From NCBI GenBank assembly GCA_037441845.1, contig JBBIRK010000001.1, positions 433,284 through 497,283 on the forward strand: DNA of 64,000 nucleotides, given 5' to 3'. The position numbers and the translations under genes are program-made. Below, piece after piece: positions 41,218-50,526 of the stretch. Positions within the stretch are counted from its first letter, which is position 1; each line of letters begins with the position of its first letter. A model generated the notes under the pieces. It ran no database searches, was not told the DNA's origin, and saw only the letters and a list, made by a program, of their open reading frames with translations. The DNA comes from Candidatus Zixiibacteriota bacterium. GTDB taxonomy: Bacteria > Zixibacteria > MSB-5A5 > UBA10806 > 4484-95.

Positions 41218-42222
41218 GTGATGGGCGAAGTTCAATATATCGAAATCGATCTCGAGTTGCTAAGGCTCGATACGATTCTCGGGTTCGATCTTTATCTGCC
41301 CGGCCCGGCCGGCTACGTCTTATACCGCTCGCGCAACGTGCCGTTCAACGAAAAGGTGCGCCAGAACCTGTTGGCGCATGGAGTCAAATCTCTCTTCATG
41401 AAATCGACCGACAGCCAGAAATACGCCTTATATATCGAAAACAATCTGAGCAATATAATCGCCGATCCGACGGTAAAAATCGAACAGAAGTGCCGTCTGC
41501 TTTACGATGCCAGCATCAATATCGCCAAAGAATTGCTCACCGATCCCGGGTCGCCTGCGGCTGTTAAACGTTCGGCGAGGGCGGTGGAAAACATGGTTGA
41601 CCTTTATTTGAGAGACGACGGCGGAATCAGAAAGCTATTCGAACTGATGCCCGATGATTATCGGCTTTATACCCATAGTACAAACGTGACCACATTCAGT
41701 ATCGCGCTCGGCCGGGCGCTGGGCGTTTCCAACAAGGATGATCTGTATCAATTGGCTTTGGGGGCGATGTTGCATGATATCGGCAAAAGCAGAGTACCCA
41801 AAGATATCCTGATGAAGCCCACCAGACTCACGCCGGAGGAATTCGAAATCATGAAGCTGCATGTCCTTCACGGCTGCCGCCTGGCCGAGGCCAATCCGGT
41901 AGTGCCGAAACAGGCTCTGGTGCCGATCCTCTGGCATCATGAGCGGCTCTCGGGAACCGGCTATCCGCGGGGACTCGGCGGTGAGGAGATCCCCCTGTTC
42001 GGAAGAATCACGGCCGTGGCCGACTCGTTCGACGCCATGACCTCGAACCGAGTCTATCAGGCGGCGTTGTCGCCGTTCAAGGCGATGGAACATCTGCTCG
42101 CCGAAATCAATCAATACGACCGCCGAGTCGTAATCGAGTTGATCAAACTGCTCGGCCCCGACTATTCCCGGAACGGCGTGCCGGAACCAGCCGCCGAAAA
42201 CGAATCGATCATTATAATCTGA
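41218..42222 (+). CDS. HD-GYP domain phosphodiesterase
   Basis: YTHS, LHDIGK, MKLH, HHERLSGTGYP, VADSFDAMTSNRVY. Confidence 0.92.
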   Translation: MMGEVQYIEIDLELLRLDTILGFDLYLPGPAGYVLYRSRNVPFNEKVRQNLLAHGVKSLFMKSTDSQKYALYIENNLSNIIADPTVKIEQKCRLLYDASINIAKELLTDPGSPAAVKRSARAVENMVDLYLRDDGGIRKLFELMPDDYRLYTHSTNVTTFSIALGRALGVSNKDDLYQLALGAMLHDIGKSRVPKDILMKPTRLTPEEFEIMKLHVLHGCRLAEANPVVPKQALVPILWHHERLSGTGYPRGLGGEEIPLFGRITAVADSFDAMTSNRVYQAALSPFKAMEHLLAEINQYDRRVVIELIKLLGPDYSRNGVPEPAAENESIIII

Positions 42223-42361
42223 CCGATCCATTATCGTTTCGCGCACGCATTACATTTCCTTGTCCGGCGCAATCCGATCGATTATTATTAGGATAAAAGT
42301 TCAAGCAGAATCTCGAAATTCTCATTTCCGAATTTCCCGAAACATTATGCGGAGGTAATAC

Positions 42362-43513
42362 ATGGAATTCAGCGGTCTCGACACCAAGTGCGTGCACTCC
42401 GGCAACTATGTCGATCCGGACGTCGGCGGAGTCAATACGCCGATCTACTGGTCGACTTCATTTATTTTCCCCAACCAAAAAGGAGAACTGCAATATCCGC
42501 GTTATTTCAACATCCCGACACAAAGGGCGGTCGCCGACAAAATCCGCGCGCTCGAGGGTGGAGACTGGGGGCTGGTGTTCAGTTCGGGATTGGCCGCGGT
42601 CAACGCGGTTTTCGCGGCAGTCCTGCGTTCCGGAGACCATGCCGTTTTTCAGTCAGGCCTCTATGGCGGCACCCAGCATCTGGTGCAAACGATATTGACC
42701 CGTTTCGGCGTGGCGCATGATATCGTAGACGGCGGCGTGGCGGCCGATTTCCAGGCGGCGATCAAACCGAACACCAGATTGATTTTCGTGGAATCGCCCA
42801 CCAATCCGTTGCTGAACGTAATCGACCTCGCGGAAATCGCGGGTATCGGCCGTAAAGCCGGCGTGTTGACAGTAATAGACAACACTTTCGCCACCCCGAT
42901 AAATCAAAATCCGATCGTTTTCGGATTCGATATAGTAATGCACAGCGGAACCAAATACCTCAACGGCCACAGCGATATCTGCTGCGGGGCTTTGGTCGGC
43001 CGAGGGGATCTGTTTCAGCGGATACTCGCCGCCGCCCAAGATTTAGGAGGAAACCTCGATCCGACCGCCTGCTATTTACTCGAACGCGGCCTTAAAACTC
43101 TCGGCTTGCGGGTCGCCCGCCAAAACCAAAACGCACAGGCCATAGCCGAATATCTCGCCGGAAATCCTGCGGTCAACCGAGTATATTATCCGGGGCTGCC
43201 CAATCATCCGGGTCATAAAATCGCCGCCAAACAAATGCGCGGATTCGGCGGAATGCTGTCGTTCGAACTCGATTGCGACTCGGAGGGGGCCCGGCGTTTC
43301 GCCGGCAACCTGAACCTCATTAAAACGGCCGTAAGCCTGGGCGGCGTAGAAAGCCTGCTCTGTTTCCCCTGCGAGACATCGCATTCCAAGGTTTCGGCGG
43401 AGCAACGTAGAAAACAGGGGATATCCGACACTTTGGTCCGTCTGTCTGTGGGAATAGAAAATATCGAAGACTTGATCGCCGATATCGATAACGCTTTAAG
43501 CAAAATCAGATGA
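42362..43513 (+). CDS. PLP-dependent trans-sulfuration enzyme (cystathionine gamma-synthase/lyase family)
   Basis: FSSGLAA, LYGGT, ESPTNP, DNTFATP, HSGTKYLNGHSD, SLGGVESL, RLSVGIE. Confidence 0.92.
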   Translation: MEFSGLDTKCVHSGNYVDPDVGGVNTPIYWSTSFIFPNQKGELQYPRYFNIPTQRAVADKIRALEGGDWGLVFSSGLAAVNAVFAAVLRSGDHAVFQSGLYGGTQHLVQTILTRFGVAHDIVDGGVAADFQAAIKPNTRLIFVESPTNPLLNVIDLAEIAGIGRKAGVLTVIDNTFATPINQNPIVFGFDIVMHSGTKYLNGHSDICCGALVGRGDLFQRILAAAQDLGGNLDPTACYLLERGLKTLGLRVARQNQNAQAIAEYLAGNPAVNRVYYPGLPNHPGHKIAAKQMRGFGGMLSFELDCDSEGARRFAGNLNLIKTAVSLGGVESLLCFPCETSHSKVSAEQRRKQGISDTLVRLSVGIENIEDLIADIDNALSKIR

Positions 43514-43530
43514 AATCCGGATAACCAGAA

Positions 43531-43989
43531 ATGCGCAGAAAAGAAAAAGAGATCAAAAGTCAAAAAGAAATCGTGGAGATAATCAATCGAGCCCGGATTT
43601 GCAGTATCGGCCTATGCCACGACAATGTTCCGTATGTTGTGCCGGTGAATTTCGGCTACAAAGACAGGGCCATTTATTTTCACTCGGCCCCCGAAGGACG
43701 AAAGATCGACATCATAAGGTCGAACAACTTGGTCAGCTTTCAGCTTTATTGCGACTATTCGCTCTCCACCGACGCAGTCCCCTGTCGTTGGTCTGCGACT
43801 TATCGCAGCGTCAGCGGACAGGGCCGGGCGTTCATTTTGAACCGCCTCGAGGATAAAATCAGCGGCCTGGATATACTCATGTCTCATTATGCCCAAGGAC
43901 CGTTCGAATATGATCGACAAGAACTTGACAGGATGGTGATCGTCAAAATCGCAATCGACCGAATGACGGGTAAAAAATCCGGTTATTGA
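43531..43989 (+). CDS. Pyridoxamine 5'-phosphate oxidase-like flavin-binding protein (NimA-like)
   Basis: MRRKEKEI, PYVVPVNFGY, IYFHSAPEGRK, YRSV, MTGK. Confidence 0.88.
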   Translation: MRRKEKEIKSQKEIVEIINRARICSIGLCHDNVPYVVPVNFGYKDRAIYFHSAPEGRKIDIIRSNNLVSFQLYCDYSLSTDAVPCRWSATYRSVSGQGRAFILNRLEDKISGLDILMSHYAQGPFEYDRQELDRMVIVKIAIDRMTGKKSGY

Positions 43990-44927
43990 ATTCGATTCAT
44001 CTTCGAATCATCCGTTATGCCGGAGATAATCATCCCCAAAAAAATCAAAAGCCCGCCCAGGGCCTGCCGAATCGTAAATGACTCGCCGCCCAGAGTCCAG
44101 GCGAACAGCCCCGCGAAAACCGGTTCGAACGCGAATATCAGCGAAACCCGGATCGGCGATACATATTTTTGAGCCGACAGCTGCACCAAGAAAGCGGAAA
44201 AAGTCGGGAATATCGCCAGAAAAACGATCGCCGAGCTTGCCTTATAATTCGGAAAAGCCGCGGGCTCGGCTGTAAGCAGCCATCCCGATAGCGACAACAA
44301 CCCCACGATTGCGAACTGCTGGAAATTCAAAATATAAGGATCGATACCGGCGGCGATTTTACGGTCGGCGATCAAAATATGCGCCGCATAAGCGATAGCT
44401 GCAACCAGAGTCAATAAATCGCCTGCGTTGAAATATCTCAACCCCCCGCTTAATACCCATAGCCCGGAAAACGATACGAGGGCCGCCCCCAGACTCGTTA
44501 ATTTCGGCAGTGAGCGCAGGAAAATAATTTGTAACGCGGGCACGAATATCACGAATAGGCCGGTGATGAAGCCCGAATTGGCGGCGCTCGTGTATTTCAG
44601 GCCGAGCGTTTGAAATATGTAAAGGATCCATAACGGCAGACCCAGGACGAATCCCGACCCGAAATCGGAAAAGGGCGATCGTTTCAGCGCGATCAATAAG
44701 GGGAACATGATCACCGCCGCCAGCAGAAAGCGACAAGCCACCAGCAACATCGGATCGACGGCCTCGACGGCGCCTTTCACCACGAAAAATGTCGATCCCC
44801 AGATCGCCGCCGAATAAAAAAGCCCCAAATCCGCCGGTTTGACGTGGTTCGAAAATAATCGCCGGAAACGCATATCTATCGGGATCAATGTCATGTCGAT
44901 GCGAACCCGCGGCCAAATTGTCTCCAT
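43983..44927 (-). CDS. DMT/EamA-family transporter
   Basis: IWGSTFFVVK, FQTLGLKYTS...GFITGL, EPVFA; the true start is probably downstream of 44927. Confidence 0.9.
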   Translation of the reverse strand: METIWPRVRIDMTLIPIDMRFRRLFSNHVKPADLGLFYSAAIWGSTFFVVKGAVEAVDPMLLVACRFLLAAVIMFPLLIALKRSPFSDFGSGFVLGLPLWILYIFQTLGLKYTSAANSGFITGLFVIFVPALQIIFLRSLPKLTSLGAALVSFSGLWVLSGGLRYFNAGDLLTLVAAIAYAAHILIADRKIAAGIDPYILNFQQFAIVGLLSLSGWLLTAEPAAFPNYKASSAIVFLAIFPTFSAFLVQLSAQKYVSPIRVSLIFAFEPVFAGLFAWTLGGESFTIRQALGGLLIFLGMIISGITDDSKMNRIQ

Positions 44928-44998
44928 AAAAAGACCGCGGGGTCAAGCAGACAGCCGGAAAAATCAGCCTGGCAAAAAGCCCCCGTCGACGCCGGCGA

Positions 44999-46462
44999 TC
45001 ACTTTTTCGGATACAGGTAATTCTCCCCGACCTTCACGCTGTCTATTTCTCCGTCTCGATTGAATATGAAAGTCACCAATTCGCCGTCGCCGTTGTTTCC
45101 GGTCATGCGAAAGACATGTTCGCTCACCGGCGAAAGCTCCACCAGTGCGTCATCGGGATTCTCCTCGGGGGGCACACCGTACCCATTCATCACCAGCCCG
45201 CCGTTGACTATCATGAATTCGGTGTCATAATCCCAGGTATCCGTAAACCGGCCGACATATTTATCGAGCGTGGTGTCGGCGGCAAGTATCGGCTTATCGG
45301 GAGCGGCGATTTCATCGATTATCGGAGACATCAATGCCAGAATTTTTTTGGCGAAAAAGTAAGGTTCGCCGTCGTCGCTGTTGATCAGCACGATCACTCC
45401 GATTTTTTTCTCGGGCACGAAAACGATTTGGCTGCGGTTGCCCGCTACCCAGCCGCCATGACCGACTACTGTCATGTCATCCTCACGCCAGACGGAAAAA
45501 CCGATGCCCCAACCGCCTTTCCAGTTCGGGCGAAGCCAGCGCACCCGGTGCATCTCCCTGAGACTGCTCGGCTTGAGAATCGTCCACGCTTCACCCGAAT
45601 CGGGCCCGAATTGGGCTGAGACGAATTTCGCCAGATCCTCGACCGTGGTTGCCATATTGGCTGCCGGAGTTATTGCGCGGCAATCGGTGAACGGCCTTAT
45701 CCTGCGACTACCGTCGGGCAAGATCTGGCCGTAAGGGGTTACCAGACGGGATCTGTCGATATCCTCGGACAAAACGCTGGTGCTGTTCATCCCCAGTGGC
45801 TTCAAGATGTGCTTGGATATGTATTTTTCATACGGCATCCCCGACACTTGGGCTACGATTTCACCGGCGATCGCCAGAGCTAGATTGGAATATTTGAGTT
45901 TCTCCTCGGGCGCATATATCGCCTCCTGATCAGCCAAGGCTTCGATCATCTGCTGTCGCGAGGGGAAACGGTAATCGGTCCAGTAGGGAAATGCGGATTC
46001 GCGCGGCAATCCCGAGGTGTGAGTCAATAGATGCCAGATTCTGATCGTCGGCGAATCCGGATCGACGTTTTTTATTTTGAACCATTTCAGATGTTTTTTC
46101 ACCGGGTCGTCGAGCGATAACCTCCCTTGGTCGCGAAGTTGCATGATCGCGGTGGCGGTGAACGTTTTCGTGATAGAGGCGATACGAAATATCGATTGGG
46201 TGTCGATCGGCCTCTGGTTTTCAAGATCGGCATAGCCGAATCCTTTGCCGTAGATCAAATCACCGTCATAGACGATCCCGACCGCCAATCCGGGCAGACG
46301 ACGATACTCCATCTGCGCCCCGATCCAAGATTCCAACAAATCGAGGTTCGAGATGAATTTTTGGTTTCGGGAAAATTCCAGCGCCCTCGAATCGGCGATC
46401 ATCGTCAAAAGAAAAAAGAACAAAAACGGATACATACGGCAAACAGATCGGAACCTTGTCAT
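44999..46462 (-). CDS. Secreted serine hydrolase, beta-lactamase/PBP-related family
   Basis: ASITK (SxxK), LLTHTSGL, YSN, HGG. Confidence 0.9.
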   Translation of the reverse strand: MTRFRSVCRMYPFLFFFLLTMIADSRALEFSRNQKFISNLDLLESWIGAQMEYRRLPGLAVGIVYDGDLIYGKGFGYADLENQRPIDTQSIFRIASITKTFTATAIMQLRDQGRLSLDDPVKKHLKWFKIKNVDPDSPTIRIWHLLTHTSGLPRESAFPYWTDYRFPSRQQMIEALADQEAIYAPEEKLKYSNLALAIAGEIVAQVSGMPYEKYISKHILKPLGMNSTSVLSEDIDRSRLVTPYGQILPDGSRRIRPFTDCRAITPAANMATTVEDLAKFVSAQFGPDSGEAWTILKPSSLREMHRVRWLRPNWKGGWGIGFSVWREDDMTVVGHGGWVAGNRSQIVFVPEKKIGVIVLINSDDGEPYFFAKKILALMSPIIDEIAAPDKPILAADTTLDKYVGRFTDTWDYDTEFMIVNGGLVMNGYGVPPEENPDDALVELSPVSEHVFRMTGNNGDGELVTFIFNRDGEIDSVKVGENYLYPKK

Positions 46463-46577
46463 AAACAACCCCTTTTTCGATTTTCAATTATCGAACGAAA
46501 TATCTCCCATTTTACCATGGCGGCATAATTATTCAATCACATATTGATAGATTGTCGAGGAAATATCCCGCGCCGCT

Positions 46578-47123
46578 TCAGCGGATTCGGCCTTTCTGGG
46601 CGAGACTGTCGGCGACGGCTTGAATCAGGGCGAGGATTTCGGCCCCCGTATTTTTGAGGACTTCAGGCAATGCGGCCGATTTTTCATAAGCCGACAGTCG
46701 GACAAGATAAGCACCCGCCGGAAAATCAAAACCGGACTCCGATAATATCCCCGATTCGAAAACCATGGAGGTTTCCGGCAGGTCGGGATACAGTTCGCGC
46801 AGAATCGAACGCGGTCCATCAGGGTCGGCGAATCGATACACCTCGGCAGCCAGCAGCATATCGCCGTCGCCGTAATCGACCCGCGCGACCTCCACGAATC
46901 CGTTTTTCAAAAACAGTTCGGCGCCGCCGTCGATATAAACCCATAAGGAATCCCGGGCGAATGTGTTGACCGCCGAAACCTGCATTATATTCTCGCCTAT
47001 CTTCGGCGGCAGGAAATTTGCGGGACGGGAAATATCCCGCGGCCTATCGGTCTTGCCGCAGGCGGAAAACAGCAAGACACAGAGCAGCATCGCCGGCCCC
47101 GGTAAACGAAAACGATTATTCAT
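46578..47123 (-). CDS. Lipoprotein, DUF6599-like
   Basis: Lipobox FSAC; LWVYIDGGAELF, EVYRF motif. Confidence 0.65.
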   Translation of the reverse strand: MNNRFRLPGPAMLLCVLLFSACGKTDRPRDISRPANFLPPKIGENIMQVSAVNTFARDSLWVYIDGGAELFLKNGFVEVARVDYGDGDMLLAAEVYRFADPDGPRSILRELYPDLPETSMVFESGILSESGFDFPAGAYLVRLSAYEKSAALPEVLKNTGAEILALIQAVADSLAQKGRIR

Positions 47124-48333
47124 AGCGCAGAGCCTCGATCGGATTCAATCGAGAGGCCTTGCGGGCCGGATATAGTCCGAAAAACACCCCCACCGCGAAC
47201 GCGAAGAAAAACGACAACGCTATCGCCTCGGGAGCGATATAAGTTTTCCATCCGAATATCTCGGTCATTCCGAAAGAGCCGCCGATTCCCAGCATTATTC
47301 CGATTATTCCGCCGATTATGGCTATGGAAAGCGATTCGAGCAGAAATTGTCCCATTATGTCTTTTCGCTTCGCACCTATAGCGATCCGTATGCCTATCTC
47401 CCGGGTGCGTTCGGTCACCGAAACCAGCATTATGTTCATTATCCCGATTCCGCCCACTATCAGCGAAACCAAGGCCACGCCCGCCAAAAGGTAGGTCAGG
47501 GTCTTGGTTGTTTCCTCCCGGGCGGCCATGAAATCGGATTGCGATTGGATAAAAAAGTCGTTTTCCTGTTCGGGTCGAAGACGATGAGAGCGCCGGATGA
47601 TTTTTTCGATATCCAGATAAGCATCGGAGATCGACGCACCGGGGCGTAAATGCCCTACCAGTCGGTCGATGTGGTCGATACCGAATACGCGCTTTTGGGC
47701 GGTGGTATAGGGTATGACGACGATATCGTCGAAATCGAGCCAACCGCCCGATACGCCCTTGCTCTGGGTCAAACCGACTATCTCGAAATGGGAACGGCCC
47801 ACCCTAATCGATTTTCCCACCGGATTGATATCTCCGAATAAATTCTCGGCGACTTTTGGGCCGATCACAGCCACCCGCGCCAGGGAATTCACGTCCTGCT
47901 CGTCGAACGATTCCCCCTCCGCGAAAATGAAATTCCTGAGTTCGAAGTATTCGGGGTCGGTCCCGATGACCGTCGAATTCCAATTGCGATTGCCATAGAC
48001 TATCTGCCGCTGGCCGGTGATTTCAGGAACCACATGATCGAGCATAACCGTTTCCTGGCGTAATTTGCGAAGATCGTGAACATCGAGGCGCTGCTCGGTT
48101 CCGAGAGCCACTCTGATCCCACCGGGACGGGAAAAACCCGAACGAACGTAAATCAAATCGGTACCTAAAGCCGATAGCCTGTCGGCCACCGCTTTTTTCG
48201 CGCCCTGTCCGAGCGAAATCATGACGATGACCGCGGCCACGCCTATTATTATGCCCAGCATGGTCAACAGCGACCGCATCTTGTTGGCGGCCATAGCATC
48301 GAGACTTACCTTGAAAAACTCGCCCCAGTTCAA
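47116..48333 (-). CDS. MacB/FtsX-like ABC transporter permease
   Basis: RSLLTMLGIIIGV, GGIGIMNIMLVSVTERTREIGIR, LYPARKASRLNPIEALRYE. Confidence 0.95.
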   Translation of the reverse strand: MNWGEFFKVSLDAMAANKMRSLLTMLGIIIGVAAVIVMISLGQGAKKAVADRLSALGTDLIYVRSGFSRPGGIRVALGTEQRLDVHDLRKLRQETVMLDHVVPEITGQRQIVYGNRNWNSTVIGTDPEYFELRNFIFAEGESFDEQDVNSLARVAVIGPKVAENLFGDINPVGKSIRVGRSHFEIVGLTQSKGVSGGWLDFDDIVVIPYTTAQKRVFGIDHIDRLVGHLRPGASISDAYLDIEKIIRRSHRLRPEQENDFFIQSQSDFMAAREETTKTLTYLLAGVALVSLIVGGIGIMNIMLVSVTERTREIGIRIAIGAKRKDIMGQFLLESLSIAIIGGIIGIMLGIGGSFGMTEIFGWKTYIAPEAIALSFFFAFAVGVFFGLYPARKASRLNPIEALRYE

Positions 48334-49640
48334 CGCCGTCTCTCCACGCCCATTACCTGATTCATATCGCGCATCCGCTGCATGAACGCCTCTCGATCTT
48401 TCAGGGCTTTCGAGGTCACGGTGGTGAGAATAGTATCGCCCTCGGCCACCCCCGAAACCGCCTCGGCAAGCTCGAAATTGGAAAGCCCGATCTCCACCGG
48501 TGTAGGTATCTGCTGACCGTTTTTCTGAACGATCACTATTTTTTGCAACCCGACCGTATCTGCAGACCCGATCGGCGCGATTAAATTTCCCCGCGCGCCG
48601 GCCGCCTGCGACTCCGGCCGCCGGCGGATATTGCCGGGGTTGTCAGCCGATTTTTGCCTTGCCGTTCCCGAGTCCGAGCGGTTGCCGCCGGCGAACAAGG
48701 TCGCAGCCGCCGGATCAAGCAACGCCTCCCGCGGCAGCAGCAATATATTTTCTTTATGCCCGGCGAAAATTTCCACGCTCGAATTCATCCCGGCCATCAG
48801 CAGACCGCCGCTGTTGTCAACCAAAATGGTCACGTCGAACGTGGTTACGTTTTGTTCCGATTTTGCCAACGGCACTATTCTAATTACATTCCCCTTGAAA
48901 CGGCGGTCGGGATAACTTTCGGGCACCACCGTGGCCGCCATTCCCACCTTGATCTGACCGATATCGACTTCGTCCACGGCCGTCCTGACATATACTTTCG
49001 ACATGTCGGCGACCGTGGCGATCGTCGTCCCTCCGGATACGGCGGATATCCCCGAGGCGATGATCTGGCCGATTTCCACGTACTTTTTCAATACGATGCC
49101 GTCGATCGGCGAGCGTATCGTGGTTTCCGCCAGCCGCTCGCGTGAGTCTTCGAGTGCCGCGGTCGCCCGGATCAAATTGGAATTGGCCTGCTCTTTGGCC
49201 AGCAAAGCGTTTTCATAATCGAGCTCGGAGATCAACCCTTGCTCATAAAGTTGCTTCTGGCGTTCGGCCTGTTTGGTCGCCTGTGAAAGCGAAACCCTGG
49301 CCACCTCAAGATCGGCCGATTTTTGATCGAAATCGTTTTTGGCCGTACTGGCATCGAGTCGAGCTATCAATTGCCCCTTTTTGACCCGATCCCCCTCCTC
49401 GATCGGCATCTCGATTATCTCCCCCGATGCCTTCGACTTGAGATCGACCGCCAGTATCGGCTCGATCACCCCCGTTGAACTGACCGTAACCAGCAGATCG
49501 CCGCGTTTTACCACCGAAACCGAGGTTCGCGAATAGCTCGATCCCGGCTGAGAATTCGATTTTCTCGAACCGAAAATCAGATATGCAATCGCCACTATCA
49601 ACACGCCCACAATTATCGCCGCTATTTTTTTCACGTTCAC
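48330..49640 (-). CDS. MacA-like periplasmic adaptor
   Basis: N-terminal TM, lipoyl-like SGEI...EGDRVKKGQLIA, coiled hairpin, IRSPIDG, VDEVDIG. Confidence 0.92.
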   Translation of the reverse strand: MNVKKIAAIIVGVLIVAIAYLIFGSRKSNSQPGSSYSRTSVSVVKRGDLLVTVSSTGVIEPILAVDLKSKASGEIIEMPIEEGDRVKKGQLIARLDASTAKNDFDQKSADLEVARVSLSQATKQAERQKQLYEQGLISELDYENALLAKEQANSNLIRATAALEDSRERLAETTIRSPIDGIVLKKYVEIGQIIASGISAVSGGTTIATVADMSKVYVRTAVDEVDIGQIKVGMAATVVPESYPDRRFKGNVIRIVPLAKSEQNVTTFDVTILVDNSGGLLMAGMNSSVEIFAGHKENILLLPREALLDPAAATLFAGGNRSDSGTARQKSADNPGNIRRRPESQAAGARGNLIAPIGSADTVGLQKIVIVQKNGQQIPTPVEIGLSNFELAEAVSGVAEGDTILTTVTSKALKDREAFMQRMRDMNQVMGVERRR

Positions 49641-49864
49641 TCCTTATCGATTATTGGACACCCGTTCGGCTCTTTCGGTTTAGCGGCCGCGGGTGATTGC
49701 AAAATATAATATATTATACTCGATATTGGGGTGAAAAGTAACCGGCAGTTACAATCTGTTTCGAAAATTGTTCGTGATTTAATATATCGAGGACCGCATC
49801 GGCCGTGCGTATGGTCTCGGCTCAGCGAACGAAATCGGGCGAATTAGGAATGATTTCCAGCGAA

Positions 49865-50308
49865 TTAATTCCGCCGTGGTTTTTTTATGGTATTATCGGC
49901 ACCTCGGCCGGCGTAAACTTCCCGCGAAAAACTTAAAAGTCTTTCCATCGTTTCCGAACTGAGTACATGTTCCATCATGCAGGCGTCACGGGCGGCGGTT
50001 TCCGCTTCGACTCCGAGTATGTCATGCAAAAAAAGGCTTAAAAACCGGTGCCGTTCGCTCAAGCGTCGCGCCAGGCTCCTGCCCGATGAGGTCAAAGTCA
50101 CGAACTCTCTGGCTTCGTAGCGAACCAGTCCCCTCAGCGCGAGCTTCTTGAGCGCGTTGGTCACGCTCGACATCGCCACATTCCTCGATCTGGCGATATC
50201 CCTTACCCGAGCGGTTTTGCCCGCGAAAGACAAAAAGTAAATCACCTCCAGATAATCTTCGAGCGAGGACGATATCTCCCCTATCAAGACCTGTTTTGTC
50301 GAGGGCAT
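49865..50308 (-). CDS. DtxR/MntR-family metal-dependent repressor (short form)
   Basis: LEDYLEVIY, SSVTNALKKL, RHRFLSLFL, DACMMEHVLS. Confidence 0.93.
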   Translation of the reverse strand: MPSTKQVLIGEISSSLEDYLEVIYFLSFAGKTARVRDIARSRNVAMSSVTNALKKLALRGLVRYEAREFVTLTSSGRSLARRLSERHRFLSLFLHDILGVEAETAARDACMMEHVLSSETMERLLSFSREVYAGRGADNTIKKPRRN

Positions 50309-50346
50309 TTGATATACCTCCCGAATTAAAAACAGCGCCAGGTGAT

Positions 50347-50517
50347 TCAGTTGATATCCGCGCCGTCTTTTTTCTGGAAAAACGCGGCCAGTTCTTGGCT
50401 TTTATTTTTGCAGTTGCAACCGTGACAGCCGCCGCCTTTCAACTGCTGCAGGAGCCGCCGTCCGGTGTATATCGCCGCCAGGGTTACGATAGCTATAACA
50501 ACTATTGTTTCCATCAT
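50347..50517 (-). CDS. FeoB-associated Cys-rich small membrane protein (56 aa; below the ORF-track cutoff)
   Basis: MMETIVVIAIVTLAAIYTGRRLLQQLKGGGCHGCNCKNKSQELAAFFQKKDGADIN; GAGGT SD; sits between feoB and dtxR. Confidence 0.8.
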   Translation of the reverse strand: MMETIVVIAIVTLAAIYTGRRLLQQLKGGGCHGCNCKNKSQELAAFFQKKDGADIN

Positions 50518-50526
50518 CGGCAAACC

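Noticed and set aside
42223..42361. SAM riboswitch upstream of the trans-sulfuration gene
   Set aside because: No SAM-I/II core motifs or terminator are visible.
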